Below are positions 33,802 to 44,611 of a stretch of DNA of 64,000 nucleotides, piece after piece. A program made the translations under genes and the position numbers. This stretch comes from an uncultured delta proteobacterium (GTDB lineage Bacteria > Myxococcota > Myxococcia > Myxococcales > Myxococcaceae), in the NCBI GenBank assembly GCA_963771175.1, contig CAVYSY010000036.1:32001-96000 (forward strand), given 5' to 3'. Positions within the stretch are counted from its first letter, which is position 1, and each line of letters begins with the position of its first letter. The notes under the pieces were generated by a model. That model searched no databases and was not told the origin of the DNA. It was given only the letters and a program-made list of their open reading frames with translations.

Positions 33802-34861
33802 GTGACGGAAGTACTCCTCATCGTCGTCTCGGTGCTCTTTGTCATCTCGCTCGGCTACATCTTCTTCGGCCAGAAGCAGGCCGCGGCGCTCCCCGCCTCC
33901 TCCTCCACGTCCAACGTGAGGGCCGAGCTCGAGTCCGACACCAAGGCGCGAGCGCGTCTGGAGTCCGAGCTGGAGCGCAGGCGCAAGGAGATGGATGAAC
34001 AGCGCTCGCAGCTGCAGGAGATGAAGGAGCAGCTCAAGCAGGCCAAGCGGAAGCTCTACGAGCAGAAGGAGTCGGAGAAGGGCGACAAGGACCTGGCCAA
34101 GGCCCGCGCCGAGGTGGAGCGCAATGCCTCCACGCAGCTCGAGGTCGTCCGGAGCGAGCTGGCCCAGGCCGAGGCGGAGATCGCCCGGCTGAAGTCCGAG
34201 GTGGAGATGGGCCGGGGTGGCCGCCGCGCCCCCGCCCCCGCGGCTGCTCCCGCTCCGGCGGTGGCCGCCACGCCGGCGCCGCAGCAGCAGGTGTCCGCCC
34301 CCGCGGGCGAGGTGGTGGTGACCGCGACCGTGACGCCCGCCGCCGCCCCGGCCGAGCCGGCCGCCGAGAAGGCCCAGCGGCGCTACCGCGACCTGAACGA
34401 CGCCGACCGCGAGAAGATGGAGCGGCTGGAGCAGACGGCGAACAAGGAGCGCAGCCGGGCCGCCGAGCTGGAGCGCGAGCTCAAGCGCATCAAGGGCCGC
34501 GCCGACTCGCAGCAGCGCATCTTCTCCGCCAGCAAGAACGAGCTGGAGCTGGTGAAGGACAAGTACAAGGCGCTGGAGAAGCGCCTGAACCGCACGCTGC
34601 TGGAGCGGGATCTGCTGCGCCGGGCCATCAAGGACCTGGAGAAGAAGACGGGCATGCTGGCCGACCGCACGGAGCTGACGCCGGACGAGATGGCCGCCAG
34701 CGACCGGAAGGTGGAGGAGGCCGCGCAGGCCCGCAGCCGCCGCCGAGACCGCGCAGCAGCAGGCCGTCGCCGCCGCGACCGAGCAGACCGGAGCCGCCAG
34801 CACCGAGCAGCCCGCGACGGGCGAGAAGCAGGACGAGAAGCCCGCGACCCCGACCGCGTAG
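33802..34861 (+). CDS. Membrane-anchored coiled-coil protein (frameshift near 34735)
   Basis: N-terminal TM then E/K/R coiled coils; an alternative frame gives an A/T/Q-rich tail ending at TAG 34861. Confidence 0.75.
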
Positions 34862-34927
34862 TGACTCCCCTCGGGGGGTAAGGACCTCGGGGGCCTCGGG
34901 TTGTCACGAGGCGCCCCCCCTCCAGGC

Positions 34928-36505
34928 TCAGTCCAGCGGTGCCGGCGTGTAGATGACCAGGTCCCCCAGCGTCGTCCGCCGGCCCCCTTCGTTGTCCAGA
35001 CCTCCCGCGATGAGCACCGAGCCGTCCTCCAGCACCGTGCACGTGTGCTGGTGACGCTGGCGCTCCAGCAGCGGCAACCCGAACATCGCCGGCGAGCCCC
35101 CCTCATTCCCCGGGACGAGCAGCTCCCCGTGTGGGTCGCTCAGGAGTCCACTCACGGTGGCCCGCAGCCCTCCGGAGGTGAGCACCCGCCCGTCCGGCAG
35201 CGCCACCGCGCACAGGCCGCTCCGGGCGAACACCTGCGGCCCCGCCGCCACCTCGCCCGTGGGAGATGACCTCCGAGGACGCCAGGAGCCGCCGCGCGCT
35301 CTCCACGCTGTCGGGCGCATCATGGCCGCCCACGTACAGCAGCCGGACCAGCCCGCCGAAGGGGACGAGCGCCGCGTCACGCCGGGGCTCGCGCAGTCGG
35401 AGTCCCTCGTCCACCGGCACGAAGGTGCCCCCCTCATACGAGAAGAAGAGCACCTCCGGCCGCAGCTCCTTCCCGTCCGAGCCGCCCACCACGGCGATGC
35501 GCTGCCCCTGCCGCACCGGCATCACCCCCATGCCCACCCGCGGCACCGGGGTGCCCACGGAGAACACCCTGCCCGTCTCGGGCGTCATAGCCCTCGGCCT
35601 CGGACACCACCGCGCCCCCCGCCCCCACTCCGCCGACAAGCAGCACCCGCCCACTCGCGTCCGCCGCCGCCGCATGGTGGCCGCGCGCCGCCTTCAGCGT
35701 CACCCCCGTGTACGTCCGCTGCGCCACGTCCAGCACCAGCGCGTTCCCCACGGGCACCGTGCCCTCCACCGACTCCACCTCCCCGCCCGCGAGCAGCACC
35801 TTGCCACCCGGCAGCCGCGTCGCGGTGTGGAAGGCGCGCGGCGAGGCCTGGAAGGAGCCCTCCGCTCCCGTCCCCAGCTCCGGCGCCGGCTCCAGCTTGC
35901 CCGTCACCGGGTCGAACAGCTCCGCGGAGGACAGCGTGGAGGTGTCGTCGTTCAGGTCGACCTCGACGCCCCCGGCCAGCAGCACCCGGCCGTCCTCCAG
36001 CAGCGTCGCGGTGTGCCCCGCGCGAGGGTGGGCGAGCGAGGCGCACGCGCCGCCCGGCATGCCCACCTGCGCGTACTCATTCACCCGACGCAGGGAGACG
36101 CGGACCATCGGGCGCGCGACCCCGCCCGACTCCGGCACGTCGAAGGGGTGCGAGCGCCCCAGGGCCACCACGCGGCCTCCCGCCTTGGGAAGGTCCGTGT
36201 ACCCGCGCACCTCCAGCACCCGCCCCGAGCCCGCGAAGACGGCCGGCAGCTCCGCCGTGCCCCGGTCCACCGGGACGTAGCGCTCCACGGGCTCCATCCC
36301 CGGGCCGGACACCCGGAAGCGCAGGTACTGGACGCCCGTCAGCGGGGGCGTACCCGTGCAGGTGGGGTTGAGGAGCATCAGCGGTATAGAGCCCATCCCG
36401 GGGCCCACAGGCGGAGACGAGCCCCAGCGCCGCCACGGCGAGAACGCGACGCAGCCTCCGCTCCCAGGCCCTGCGAGCGGGCGACCGGGCCCCGCCCTCT
36501 CCCAT
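34928..36505 (-). CDS. Kelch-repeat beta-propeller lipoprotein (frameshifts)
   Basis: Repeated RxxHTATLLxDGRVLLAGG kelch motifs; lipobox-like LVSAC; start approximate. Confidence 0.8.
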
Positions 36506-36667
36506 GCCCCGAACGAAGGGCAAGGTCCGCCCGTTGATACTCCGCACCATGGCGCTCCCCTTTTGCGGTTTCCGGCCACGGCGCAGGCAAAGATGGCTTG
36601 CGCTCGGACCGTGGCGAGCGTAGCGATGCCCTCCAGCCGTGGTCAACGCGGCCCCTCTGTCCCCTGA

Positions 36668-38209
36668 ATGAAGCTCTCGCTCGCCACCCGCATCTTCCTC
36701 GGCTACGCGGTGGTGCTCGTCACCTTCGGCGCGGTGTCCCTGTTCAGCGTGGCCGAGCTCCACCGCAACCGGTTGGAAATCCGCCTGGTGAGCCAGGGCT
36801 ACCTGCAGCTCTCCCAGGACGCGGCGGCGCTCGAGACCTTCCACACCAACCAGGAGAAGGACACCGAGCGGCTGCTCGACGAGAGCAGCGTGGAGACGCG
36901 GCGGGCGCTCATCCGGCTGGCCCGACTGTACTTCCCCTCCCTCATGGCCCAGCGGCTGGAGGCGGCGCAGGCCCGGGCCCGGGAGGTGCAGACCCTGGCT
37001 CCCGCGGGCGAGGTCCACTTCGTCCGGGACCTGGAGACGCGCCTGGGAGAGCTCGCCAACCGCTACCAGGCGTACGGGCGGGCGGCGGATGCCGTCTTCA
37101 CGGTGCTCGCGGACGAGGCCCCGGCGGCGGGTGAGCTGGCCCGAGCCACCAACGAGCTGCGCCAGCAGGAGACGTCCATCGGCCGCGACATCCGCTTCCT
37201 GCGCGCCGCCCTCAGCAACCGCATCCGCGAGCGTGTGGACGGGGCCGAGGACCGCGAGCGGCGCACGGGCCTGGCCATCATCACCCTGTCGGTGCTGGCC
37301 ATCGTCGTGGGACTGGTGGCCACCGCCTGGTCGGCGCGCACCCTGCGCCCGGTGCGCACCCTCATCGAGGGCGTGTCGCGCATCGGCCGGGGCGACTACA
37401 GCGCGCAGTTGGGCGTGCGCGGCGACGACGAGGTGGCGGTGCTCGCCCGTGAGTTCGACGCCATGGCCCGCTCGCTCCAGGCGCGCGAGGCCCAGCTCAA
37501 GGCCCAGGCCGAGGCCCTCATGCGCGCCGAGCAACTGGCCGCCGTGGGCCGCATCTCCGCGCAGGTGGCCCACGAGGTGCGCAATCCCCTGTCCTCCATC
37601 GGCCTCAACGTGGAGCTGATGCAGGACGCCTTCGAGCGCGCCACCTTCGAGGCGCCGGAGGAGGCCCGCGAGGCGCGCGAGCTGCTCGCCGCCGTCACGC
37701 GCGAGGTGGACCGGCTCACCGAGGTGACGGAGCAGTACCTGCGCATGGCGCGCCCGCCGAGGCCCAGCCTCGAGCCCACCGACGTCACCGAGGTGCTGGC
37801 CAGCGTGCTGGACTTCTCGCGCGAGGAGCTGGAGCGCGCCGGTGTCGAGGTGGTGAGCGAGCCCGCCTCGGAGCCCCCGCGGGCCCTGGCCGACGACGGC
37901 CAGTTGCGCCAGGTGTTCCTCAACCTCCTGCGCAACGCGCGCGAGGCCATGCCGGACGGCGGCCGTCTCACCATCGCCACCCAGGTGCACGAGCGCGAGG
38001 TGGAGGTGGCCCTGCGGGACACCGGGCGCGGAATGACCGAGGCCGTGCGCTCCCGCATCTTCGAGCCCTTCTTCTCCACCAAGGAGGACGGTACGGGGCT
38101 GGGCCTCGCCGTCTGCCAGCAGATCCTCAAGTCCCACGGAGGCTCGCTCTCGTGTCGGAGCGAGCCCGGCCGTGGCACCACCTTCTTCGTCAAGCTTCCA
38201 CGCGCATGA
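36668..38209 (+). CDS. HAMP-domain sensor histidine kinase
   Basis: Two TM helices, HAMP, AHEVRNPL, NLLRNA, DTGRG, FEPFFSTK, GTGLGL. Confidence 0.95.
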   Translation: MKLSLATRIFLGYAVVLVTFGAVSLFSVAELHRNRLEIRLVSQGYLQLSQDAAALETFHTNQEKDTERLLDESSVETRRALIRLARLYFPSLMAQRLEAAQARAREVQTLAPAGEVHFVRDLETRLGELANRYQAYGRAADAVFTVLADEAPAAGELARATNELRQQETSIGRDIRFLRAALSNRIRERVDGAEDRERRTGLAIITLSVLAIVVGLVATAWSARTLRPVRTLIEGVSRIGRGDYSAQLGVRGDDEVAVLAREFDAMARSLQAREAQLKAQAEALMRAEQLAAVGRISAQVAHEVRNPLSSIGLNVELMQDAFERATFEAPEEAREARELLAAVTREVDRLTEVTEQYLRMARPPRPSLEPTDVTEVLASVLDFSREELERAGVEVVSEPASEPPRALADDGQLRQVFLNLLRNAREAMPDGGRLTIATQVHEREVEVALRDTGRGMTEAVRSRIFEPFFSTKEDGTGLGLAVCQQILKSHGGSLSCRSEPGRGTTFFVKLPRA

Positions 38210-39531
38210 GCTTCAGCTACCACCGTGACGTGCTGCCCAACGGCCTGCGCGTCGTCACCGTCGAGACCCCGCACCTGCACACCGCCCTGCTCGCGGTGTA
38301 CGTGCGTACCGGCAGCCGCCACGAGACGGCCGCCAACAACGGCGTCAGCCACTTCCTGGAGCACCTCTTCTTCCGAGGCACCGAGGGCTGGCCGGACACC
38401 ATCAAGATGAACACCGCCGTGGAGGAGGTGGGCGGCAACCTCAACGGCGTCACCACGCGAGACCACGGCTACTACTACACGCCCCTGCACCCGGCGAACC
38501 TGGACGTGGGGCTGGCCGTTCTCGGGGACATGCTCACCCGCCCCAAGCTCACCGACATGGAGGTGGAGCGGAACATCATCCTCGAGGAGATGCTCGACGA
38601 GGTGGACGAGAAGGGCCGGGACATCGACATCGACAACCTGTCCAAGCAGCTCCTCTTCGGCGACCACCCGCTGGGCTTCAAGATCGCCGGCACGCGCGAG
38701 TCCGTGTCGAGCCTCACCCACCAGCAGGTGCTGGAGCACTTCGCGCGCCACTACGTCACGGGCAACCTGGTGGTGACGGCGGCGGGCCGGGTGAAGCGCG
38801 ACGAGGTGCTCGCGCTGGTGGAGCGCCACTTCGCGCGGATGCCCATGGGCTCCGAGAGCCTCGATATCCCGCCGCCGCTCACCCCGGGCGGGCCCAACTT
38901 CCACTTCGTCACGCACGACGAGGCCCAGACGGAGTTCCGCATCAGCTTCCGCACCGTCCCCGAGCACCACGAGGACTGGCCGGCCCTGCAACTGCTGCGG
39001 CGCTTCCTGGATGACGGACTGTCCTCGCGGCTGCCCTTCGAGATCGTGGAGAAGCGCGGGCTCGCCTATTCGGTGCATGCGTCGCTGGAGGCCTTCCACG
39101 ACACGGGCGTCTTCGAGATCGAGGCCGCGAGTGCCCCGGATCGGGCCTCGCTGGTGGTGGGGGAGACGTTCCGGGTGTTGGGCGAGCTGTGCGACAAGGA
39201 GGTGGGCGAGGAGGAGCTGGCGCGCGCCAAGCGGCGGCACCGGATGCTGCTGGAGTTCTCGCAGGACTCGCCGGGAGAGCTTGCGGGGTGGTTCGGCGGG
39301 ACGGAGCTGTTCCGTCAGCCCGAGTCCTTCGGCCGGCGAGCGGATCTGGTGGACGCGGCCAGCGCGGCCCACGTGCGCGAGGTGGCCCGGCGCTACTTCG
39401 CCCGGGAGAACCTCACCGTGGTGGCCGTGGGCCAGCGCAAGGGCGCCAAGGCCCTGGAGAAGGTGGTGGAGACGGCGGAGGGACTGCCCTCGGCGCCCGC
39501 GCCCAGCCGCCGACGCTCCAACGCGACGTGA
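38206..39531 (+). CDS. M16 (pitrilysin-like) zinc peptidase
   Basis: HFLEH inverzincin motif, SSRL...EKRGLAY. Confidence 0.93.
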   Translation: MSFSYHRDVLPNGLRVVTVETPHLHTALLAVYVRTGSRHETAANNGVSHFLEHLFFRGTEGWPDTIKMNTAVEEVGGNLNGVTTRDHGYYYTPLHPANLDVGLAVLGDMLTRPKLTDMEVERNIILEEMLDEVDEKGRDIDIDNLSKQLLFGDHPLGFKIAGTRESVSSLTHQQVLEHFARHYVTGNLVVTAAGRVKRDEVLALVERHFARMPMGSESLDIPPPLTPGGPNFHFVTHDEAQTEFRISFRTVPEHHEDWPALQLLRRFLDDGLSSRLPFEIVEKRGLAYSVHASLEAFHDTGVFEIEAASAPDRASLVVGETFRVLGELCDKEVGEEELARAKRRHRMLLEFSQDSPGELAGWFGGTELFRQPESFGRRADLVDAASAAHVREVARRYFARENLTVVAVGQRKGAKALEKVVETAEGLPSAPAPSRRRSNAT

Positions 39532-39594
39532 GACCCCACTCGGAGGGCAACCGGCCGCTCGGCGAGCGGAGCATTTGTGCTAGGGATACGGTGA

Positions 39595-40200
39595 ATGATG
39601 CCCGCCGTCGCGAACCGGAAGGAACCCGTCATCTTCAGTCAGGTGGTGGAGGCCCTCTTCAAGCACGCCATCAAGGACCGGCTCGACTCGGACGCCCGGC
39701 GGAGACTCCGGGCGATTGGCATCGACGTGGACCAGCCGTTCCTGGTCGCCTACTCCGTCCCGGCCTGGTTCGCGGCCGTCGGGGTCTGCGCCGAGGTCCT
39801 CTACCCGGACGTCTCCAGCGAGGAGGCCCGGTACCGGATCGGCCACCAGGTGGTGGACGGCTACGGGCAGACCACCATGGGCCGGGCCGTGTTCGCGATG
39901 CTCCGGATGCTCGGCTGGCAGCGCTCGCTGACGCGCATCCCCCGCGGGCTGCAGTCGGGGACCAACTTCCTCACCGCCCACACGCGCTTCCTGGACGGGG
40001 GCGAGCTCGAGGTCACCTTCGAGGTGCTCCCCGAGTTCCACGCCGCCCTCGGCTCGCAGCCCGGCATCGACCCGTACTTCATGAACGGCAACATGGACGC
40101 GATGATGGCGCTGGTCGGCGTGCCGTTCTCGGGCGGCGAGCTACAACCCATCGAGCCCGGCTCCCAGCGCGTCGTCTACGTGCTGCGCCCCAAGGCCTGA
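39595..40200 (+). CDS. DUF2378-family myxobacterial protein
   Basis: VEALF...LRAIGID...Y...W...GYGQTTMGRA pattern. Confidence 0.8.
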   Translation: MMPAVANRKEPVIFSQVVEALFKHAIKDRLDSDARRRLRAIGIDVDQPFLVAYSVPAWFAAVGVCAEVLYPDVSSEEARYRIGHQVVDGYGQTTMGRAVFAMLRMLGWQRSLTRIPRGLQSGTNFLTAHTRFLDGGELEVTFEVLPEFHAALGSQPGIDPYFMNGNMDAMMALVGVPFSGGELQPIEPGSQRVVYVLRPKA

Positions 40201-40210
40201 GCCCAACCGC

Positions 40211-41017
40211 TCAGGAGTCGCTCGCGTTGAGGTAGCGGGTGATGCGGAGCATCAGCGCGAGCGGGGTGAAGGGCGCGAACCAGGCCGTGAGACGGTTGAC
40301 GAACCCGGGCACCACCACCGCCCTGCCCCGCACCAGGCCCCGGTAGCCCAGCTCGGCCACCTGCCGCGCACCGAGCGTCCCGAGCGGCCCGCTGAAGAGC
40401 CGGGAGCGCTGGTGCTCCGACGCCCGGGCGGCGAACTCCGTCTCGGTGTAGCCCGGGCACAGGGCCGTCACCTTCACCCCGTGCTCCCGCAGCTCCTCGT
40501 GGAGCGCGGCGGAGAAGGACAGCACGTACGCCTTGGAGGCGTAGTACACGGACATGAGCGGTCCGGGCTGAAAGGCCGCCAGCGAGGCCACGTTGAGCAC
40601 GTACCCGCGCCGCCTCGCCACCATCCCCGGGACGAGCTCGCGGGTGAGCGCGGTGAGGGCCCGCACGTTGAGGTCGATCATCCCGAGCTGCGGCTCGGCG
40701 GGCAGTGCGGAGAAGCCCCCCGCAAGGCCGTAGCCGGCGTTGTTCACCAGCACGTCGATCTCGAGCTGGCGCGCCGTCACCTCGCGCATCACGGTGGCGA
40801 CTCCCTCGGGTGAGCCGAGGTCCGCGCCCACCACCACCGAGGGCATCCCGTGGGCCTGCTGGAGCTGATCCGCCAGCGCCTGCATCGGCTCTGTACGCCG
40901 GGCCACCAGCACCAGCGCATACCCCTCGCGAGCCAGGAGCACCGCCAGCTCCCGGCCAATGCCGCTGGACGCTCCCGTCACCAGCGCATACCTGCGCACC
41001 TGCATCATGCCCTCCAT
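40211..41017 (-). CDS. Short-chain dehydrogenase/reductase
   Basis: TGASSGIG, NNAG, YYASK. Confidence 0.93.
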   Translation of the reverse strand: MEGMMQVRRYALVTGASSGIGRELAVLLAREGYALVLVARRTEPMQALADQLQQAHGMPSVVVGADLGSPEGVATVMREVTARQLEIDVLVNNAGYGLAGGFSALPAEPQLGMIDLNVRALTALTRELVPGMVARRRGYVLNVASLAAFQPGPLMSVYYASKAYVLSFSAALHEELREHGVKVTALCPGYTETEFAARASEHQRSRLFSGPLGTLGARQVAELGYRGLVRGRAVVVPGFVNRLTAWFAPFTPLALMLRITRYLNASDS

Positions 41018-41018
41018 G

Positions 41019-42344
41019 TCAGCGCCTCCCGCCACGAATGATGAGAGGACCGGACGACTTCTTCTTCCGGGGCACGAGCTTCTTCAGCGCCTTCTGGGTG
41101 TCCAGGTACTGGAAATTGGTCGGGTCGCGCTTCAGCGCCTCGCCGATGAGCTTCAGGCCCTGCTCGGGCTTCAACCGGAGCTCGGCGTACAGCTCGGCCA
41201 GCGCCGCCTTCTCCTCCAACGAGGCCTCGCCCACCTCGAGGAGTTGCTCCAGGCTGGAGAGGGCCTGCTGCGGCGCACCCGCCTGCCGCTGCAGGCGCCA
41301 CATCCGAGAGAGCGCCGGAGCGAAGCGGGGGTTCATCCCGAGCGCGTTGCCGTAGTCCTCCTTCGCGCGCCCCAGGTCTCCCTGCGTCTCCAGCGCGCGG
41401 GCCCGGACGTAGAGGGCCCGTGCGGACTCCGGCTGCGCCCGCAGCGCCCGCTCCACCAGCGCCAGGGCCTCGGTCGGGCGCCCCAGCAGCAGCTTCACCT
41501 CGGCGAGCCGCGCCAGGAGGTCCGCGTTCTGGGAGTAGTGGGTCACCGCGTCCGAGAGGAGCTTCTCCGCCTCCTCGATGCGCTCGAGCGCGAGGAGCAC
41601 CTGCGCCCGCAGCGTGACGACCTCCGGCAGCGAGGCCTCCTCGCCCTGGACCTGGGCCAGGTCCTGCTCGGCGTATTGCGCGAAGCCGCTCCGCAGGAAG
41701 TAGCGGGCGCGCAGGATGCGAGCCGCCGTGAGCGCCGGCTGCTCCTCCAGGAGCCGATCCATCAGCTTCGCGGCGAGCACCTCGTCGCCCTTGGCCAGGA
41801 GGATCTCCGCCTCCACCACCTTGGCGGCCACGTCATCCGGGCGCTCGCGCTGGATGCGCTCCAGCGTCTGGAAGGCGGCCTGGTGCTGGCCTTCCAGGGT
41901 CTGCAGGTGGGCCAGCTTGAGGATGTCCAGGTCCCCGAGCTCGTCGGTATCGCGCAGCTCCAGCAGCAGCGCGATGGCCTCGGAGAGGCGCCCGTCCTGC
42001 TCGTGACGCGCGGCGATCTTCCGCTTGATGTCGGGGCCCTCGGCGGGATTGAGGGCCATGGCCTGCTTGAGGGTCAGGATGGCCGCGCCCGAGTTGCCGG
42101 CCTGCCGCTGGGCATCGGCGAGCAGGAGCAGGGGCTCGGTGCTCTCGGGCATCAGGCCCGCGGCCTCGCCGAAGACCTTGACGGCCAGCTCGGCCTGCCC
42201 GCTGGAGAGCAACTCACGGCCCTGCTCCAGCTTCGCCTGGGCCGTCTGATCACGACGCTGCACGGAGACGGTCTCCGCGTCCTTGCAAGCGAGCGGTAGC
42301 AACAGGGGTAGGACGAAGAGCAGGCGGGTAGATTTCAAATGCAT
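41019..42344 (-). CDS. TPR-repeat lipoprotein
   Basis: Lipobox LPLAC followed by TPR-like helical repeats. Confidence 0.85.
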   Translation of the reverse strand: MHLKSTRLLFVLPLLLPLACKDAETVSVQRRDQTAQAKLEQGRELLSSGQAELAVKVFGEAAGLMPESTEPLLLLADAQRQAGNSGAAILTLKQAMALNPAEGPDIKRKIAARHEQDGRLSEAIALLLELRDTDELGDLDILKLAHLQTLEGQHQAAFQTLERIQRERPDDVAAKVVEAEILLAKGDEVLAAKLMDRLLEEQPALTAARILRARYFLRSGFAQYAEQDLAQVQGEEASLPEVVTLRAQVLLALERIEEAEKLLSDAVTHYSQNADLLARLAEVKLLLGRPTEALALVERALRAQPESARALYVRARALETQGDLGRAKEDYGNALGMNPRFAPALSRMWRLQRQAGAPQQALSSLEQLLEVGEASLEEKAALAELYAELRLKPEQGLKLIGEALKRDPTNFQYLDTQKALKKLVPRKKKSSGPLIIRGGRR

Positions 42345-42384
42345 CGCTGAGATGCAGGGTAGCGGATGTTATCCTGCGCCGTCG

Positions 42385-42720
42385 ATGGACCCATTCGTGC
42401 GGCGCCTCGTGGAGAGGCTCCATGACCCAGCGCGCCCCCTGTCGCGCAACCGGCACTTCCACACGTTCGACACCCCCGAGGGTCGGATGGCGCTGAAGGT
42501 GTACAAGCGGCTGAACAGCCTCCACCAGGACATCCTCGCCTGCGTGAAGGAGGGCCGACGCGCGCGCCTCTTCCGCCAGGTGAACGACGAGGGCGAGCAC
42601 CGCATCGAATTGCACTTCGAGCGGATCGCCGGCCGTCGCGTGTCCCACCTGAAGGCGGCCGAGCTGGAGCTGCTCGCCAACCTGCCGGGCGTGCGTGACG
42701 CGCTCGACGGCGACCTCTAG
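42385..42720 (+). CDS. Small hypothetical protein
   Basis: MDPFVRRLVERLHDPARPLSRNRHFHTF...; strong GC3 codon bias. Confidence 0.75.
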   Translation: MDPFVRRLVERLHDPARPLSRNRHFHTFDTPEGRMALKVYKRLNSLHQDILACVKEGRRARLFRQVNDEGEHRIELHFERIAGRRVSHLKAAELELLANLPGVRDALDGDL

Positions 42721-42835
42721 GCCTGGGTGGCGCCCAGAGGCATCCGCACCACCCGGCGCAGGCCGATGAAGTAGAGGACCGCGAGGAGCGCGGTCATCAG
42801 GCCCCACAGGGCGTAGTTGTCCACCGGCAGCGTTG
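42717..42835 (-). pseudogene. 3' remnant of a membrane-protein gene
   Basis: Reads LPVDNYALWGLMTALLAVLYFIGLRRVVRMPLGATQA* with coding-like GC3; upstream part loses codon bias and hits an in-frame stop without a good start. Confidence 0.4.
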
Positions 42836-42986
42836 GTGCAAAGGCAAGCCCTTTCTTCTGGCCTACCCGGGGCAGCGCCCAGTGTGTCAGCCAGACAACA
42901 AAACATGGAAGTCAAGTCTTTCTCGTTCCACGGGTTGCTGGCCATATCGCGCTGGAGTCCCCCCCACAATCCGACGGAGAAGATCG

Positions 42987-44558
42987 ATGTCCTGGCTGCG
43001 TGTCATTGCCCTATCGGCCATGGTCCTGGCGCTGAGCCTCGGTACCACCCCCGCATCCGCCTCATCCTTCCGCCTCGCCAACATCATGGTGCGCGATGGA
43101 GTGGTGCTGGATGCGAATGTCTTTACCCCCGACACGCCGGGGCCGCACCCTGCGATCATCTTCATCACCAGTTGGGCGTTGCCCAACATCGAGTACCTCG
43201 TGCAGGCCCAGCAGTTCGCCGACGCCGGGTACGTCGTGCTCTCGTACACCCCCCGCGGCTTCTACACCTCGGGCGGTTACATCGAGACGGCTGGGCCCAA
43301 GGACGTCAGCGATGTGAGCGACATCATCGACTGGCTGCTCACCAACACCTCCGCGGATCCGGCGCGCATCGGCGCGGCGGGCATCTCGTATGGCTCGGGG
43401 ATCAGCCTGCTCGGCTCCGCGTTCGACTCGCGCATCCGTGCCGTGGCCGCCGTGAGCACGTGGACCGACCTCCAGTACTCGCTGCTCGCGAACCAGACCC
43501 GCCACCAGCAGGCCGCCGGGCTGCTGAAGCTCTCCGGCGTGCTGACGGGGCGGCCCTCGGCGGAGCTGCAGCAGATTCTCTCGGACTACTTCGACAACCG
43601 GAACCTCGCGGGGATCAGCGCCTTCGCCCAGGTGCGCAGCGCCGCGACGTACCTCGACCGCATCAACGCGAACCGCCCCGCGATCCTCATCGCGAACGCC
43701 TATGGCGACAGCCTGTTCGCGCCCAATCAGCTCTCCGACTTCTACACCCGGCTGACGGGGCCCAAGCGGCTCGAGCTGCGCCCGGGAGATCACGCCATCC
43801 CGGAGCTGACCGGCGTCCTCGGTCTGCCCAATGACGCATGGACCAGCGTGCACCGCTGGTTCGACTACTACCTGCGTGGCGTGAACACCGGCATCGCCGC
43901 GGAGAAGCCGGTCCAGCTCCAGGTACGTGGCCAGAGTGGCTACGAGGCCTATTCGTCGTGGAGTGAAATCTCGACGAGCACCGCGCGCTACAACCTGGGC
44001 GAGGTGAACTGGTGGAACGGCGAGGGCGAGCTCGTGTCGAGCGCGCAGACCGGCTGGAGCCGGACGGTCTTCGCGGGCGACGACACCGTCGCCAACGGAG
44101 GCATCGTGATGCTGACGAACGGCGCCGAGGCGCTCACGGGTGAGCCGCCGATCGCGTGGATTCCCGCGGTGGACCGGGACAACGCGGGCGTCTGGCAGTC
44201 GGGCTCGCTGACGAGTGCGCGCCGTCTGCGTGGGGCCGCGCACCTGCGCCTGACGGTGACTCCGGGCAGCTCCGGGCAGACGACGATCATCGCCTACCTC
44301 TACGACACGGACGCGCTCGGGACCGGGCACCTGGTGACGCATGTGGCCTACACGATCCGGGGCGCGGTGGCCGGCCAGGCCTACACCGTGGACACCGACT
44401 TCCCGGCCACGGTCTACGACGTGCCGAGCGGGAACCGGCTCTCGCTCGTCGTCGACACCGTCGACCCGCTCTACGCCGACCAGGGAGCGCTGTTCACCTC
44501 GGTGAAGTTCTCCTCGCCGGGGACCAATCCGTCCTACGTGTCGCTGCCGCTCAAGTAA
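42987..44558 (+). CDS. CocE/NonD (peptidase S15-like) alpha/beta hydrolase, secreted
   Basis: Signal peptide, RDGVVLDA, YTPRG, GISYGSG nucleophile, PGDH, C-terminal jelly-roll-like domain. Confidence 0.88.
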   Translation: MSWLRVIALSAMVLALSLGTTPASASSFRLANIMVRDGVVLDANVFTPDTPGPHPAIIFITSWALPNIEYLVQAQQFADAGYVVLSYTPRGFYTSGGYIETAGPKDVSDVSDIIDWLLTNTSADPARIGAAGISYGSGISLLGSAFDSRIRAVAAVSTWTDLQYSLLANQTRHQQAAGLLKLSGVLTGRPSAELQQILSDYFDNRNLAGISAFAQVRSAATYLDRINANRPAILIANAYGDSLFAPNQLSDFYTRLTGPKRLELRPGDHAIPELTGVLGLPNDAWTSVHRWFDYYLRGVNTGIAAEKPVQLQVRGQSGYEAYSSWSEISTSTARYNLGEVNWWNGEGELVSSAQTGWSRTVFAGDDTVANGGIVMLTNGAEALTGEPPIAWIPAVDRDNAGVWQSGSLTSARRLRGAAHLRLTVTPGSSGQTTIIAYLYDTDALGTGHLVTHVAYTIRGAVAGQAYTVDTDFPATVYDVPSGNRLSLVVDTVDPLYADQGALFTSVKFSSPGTNPSYVSLPLK

Positions 44559-44611
44559 CGGAGCAGGTGCCTGTTGGCGGGGCCGGCGGACTCGACGCCG
44601 GCCCCCGTTGC

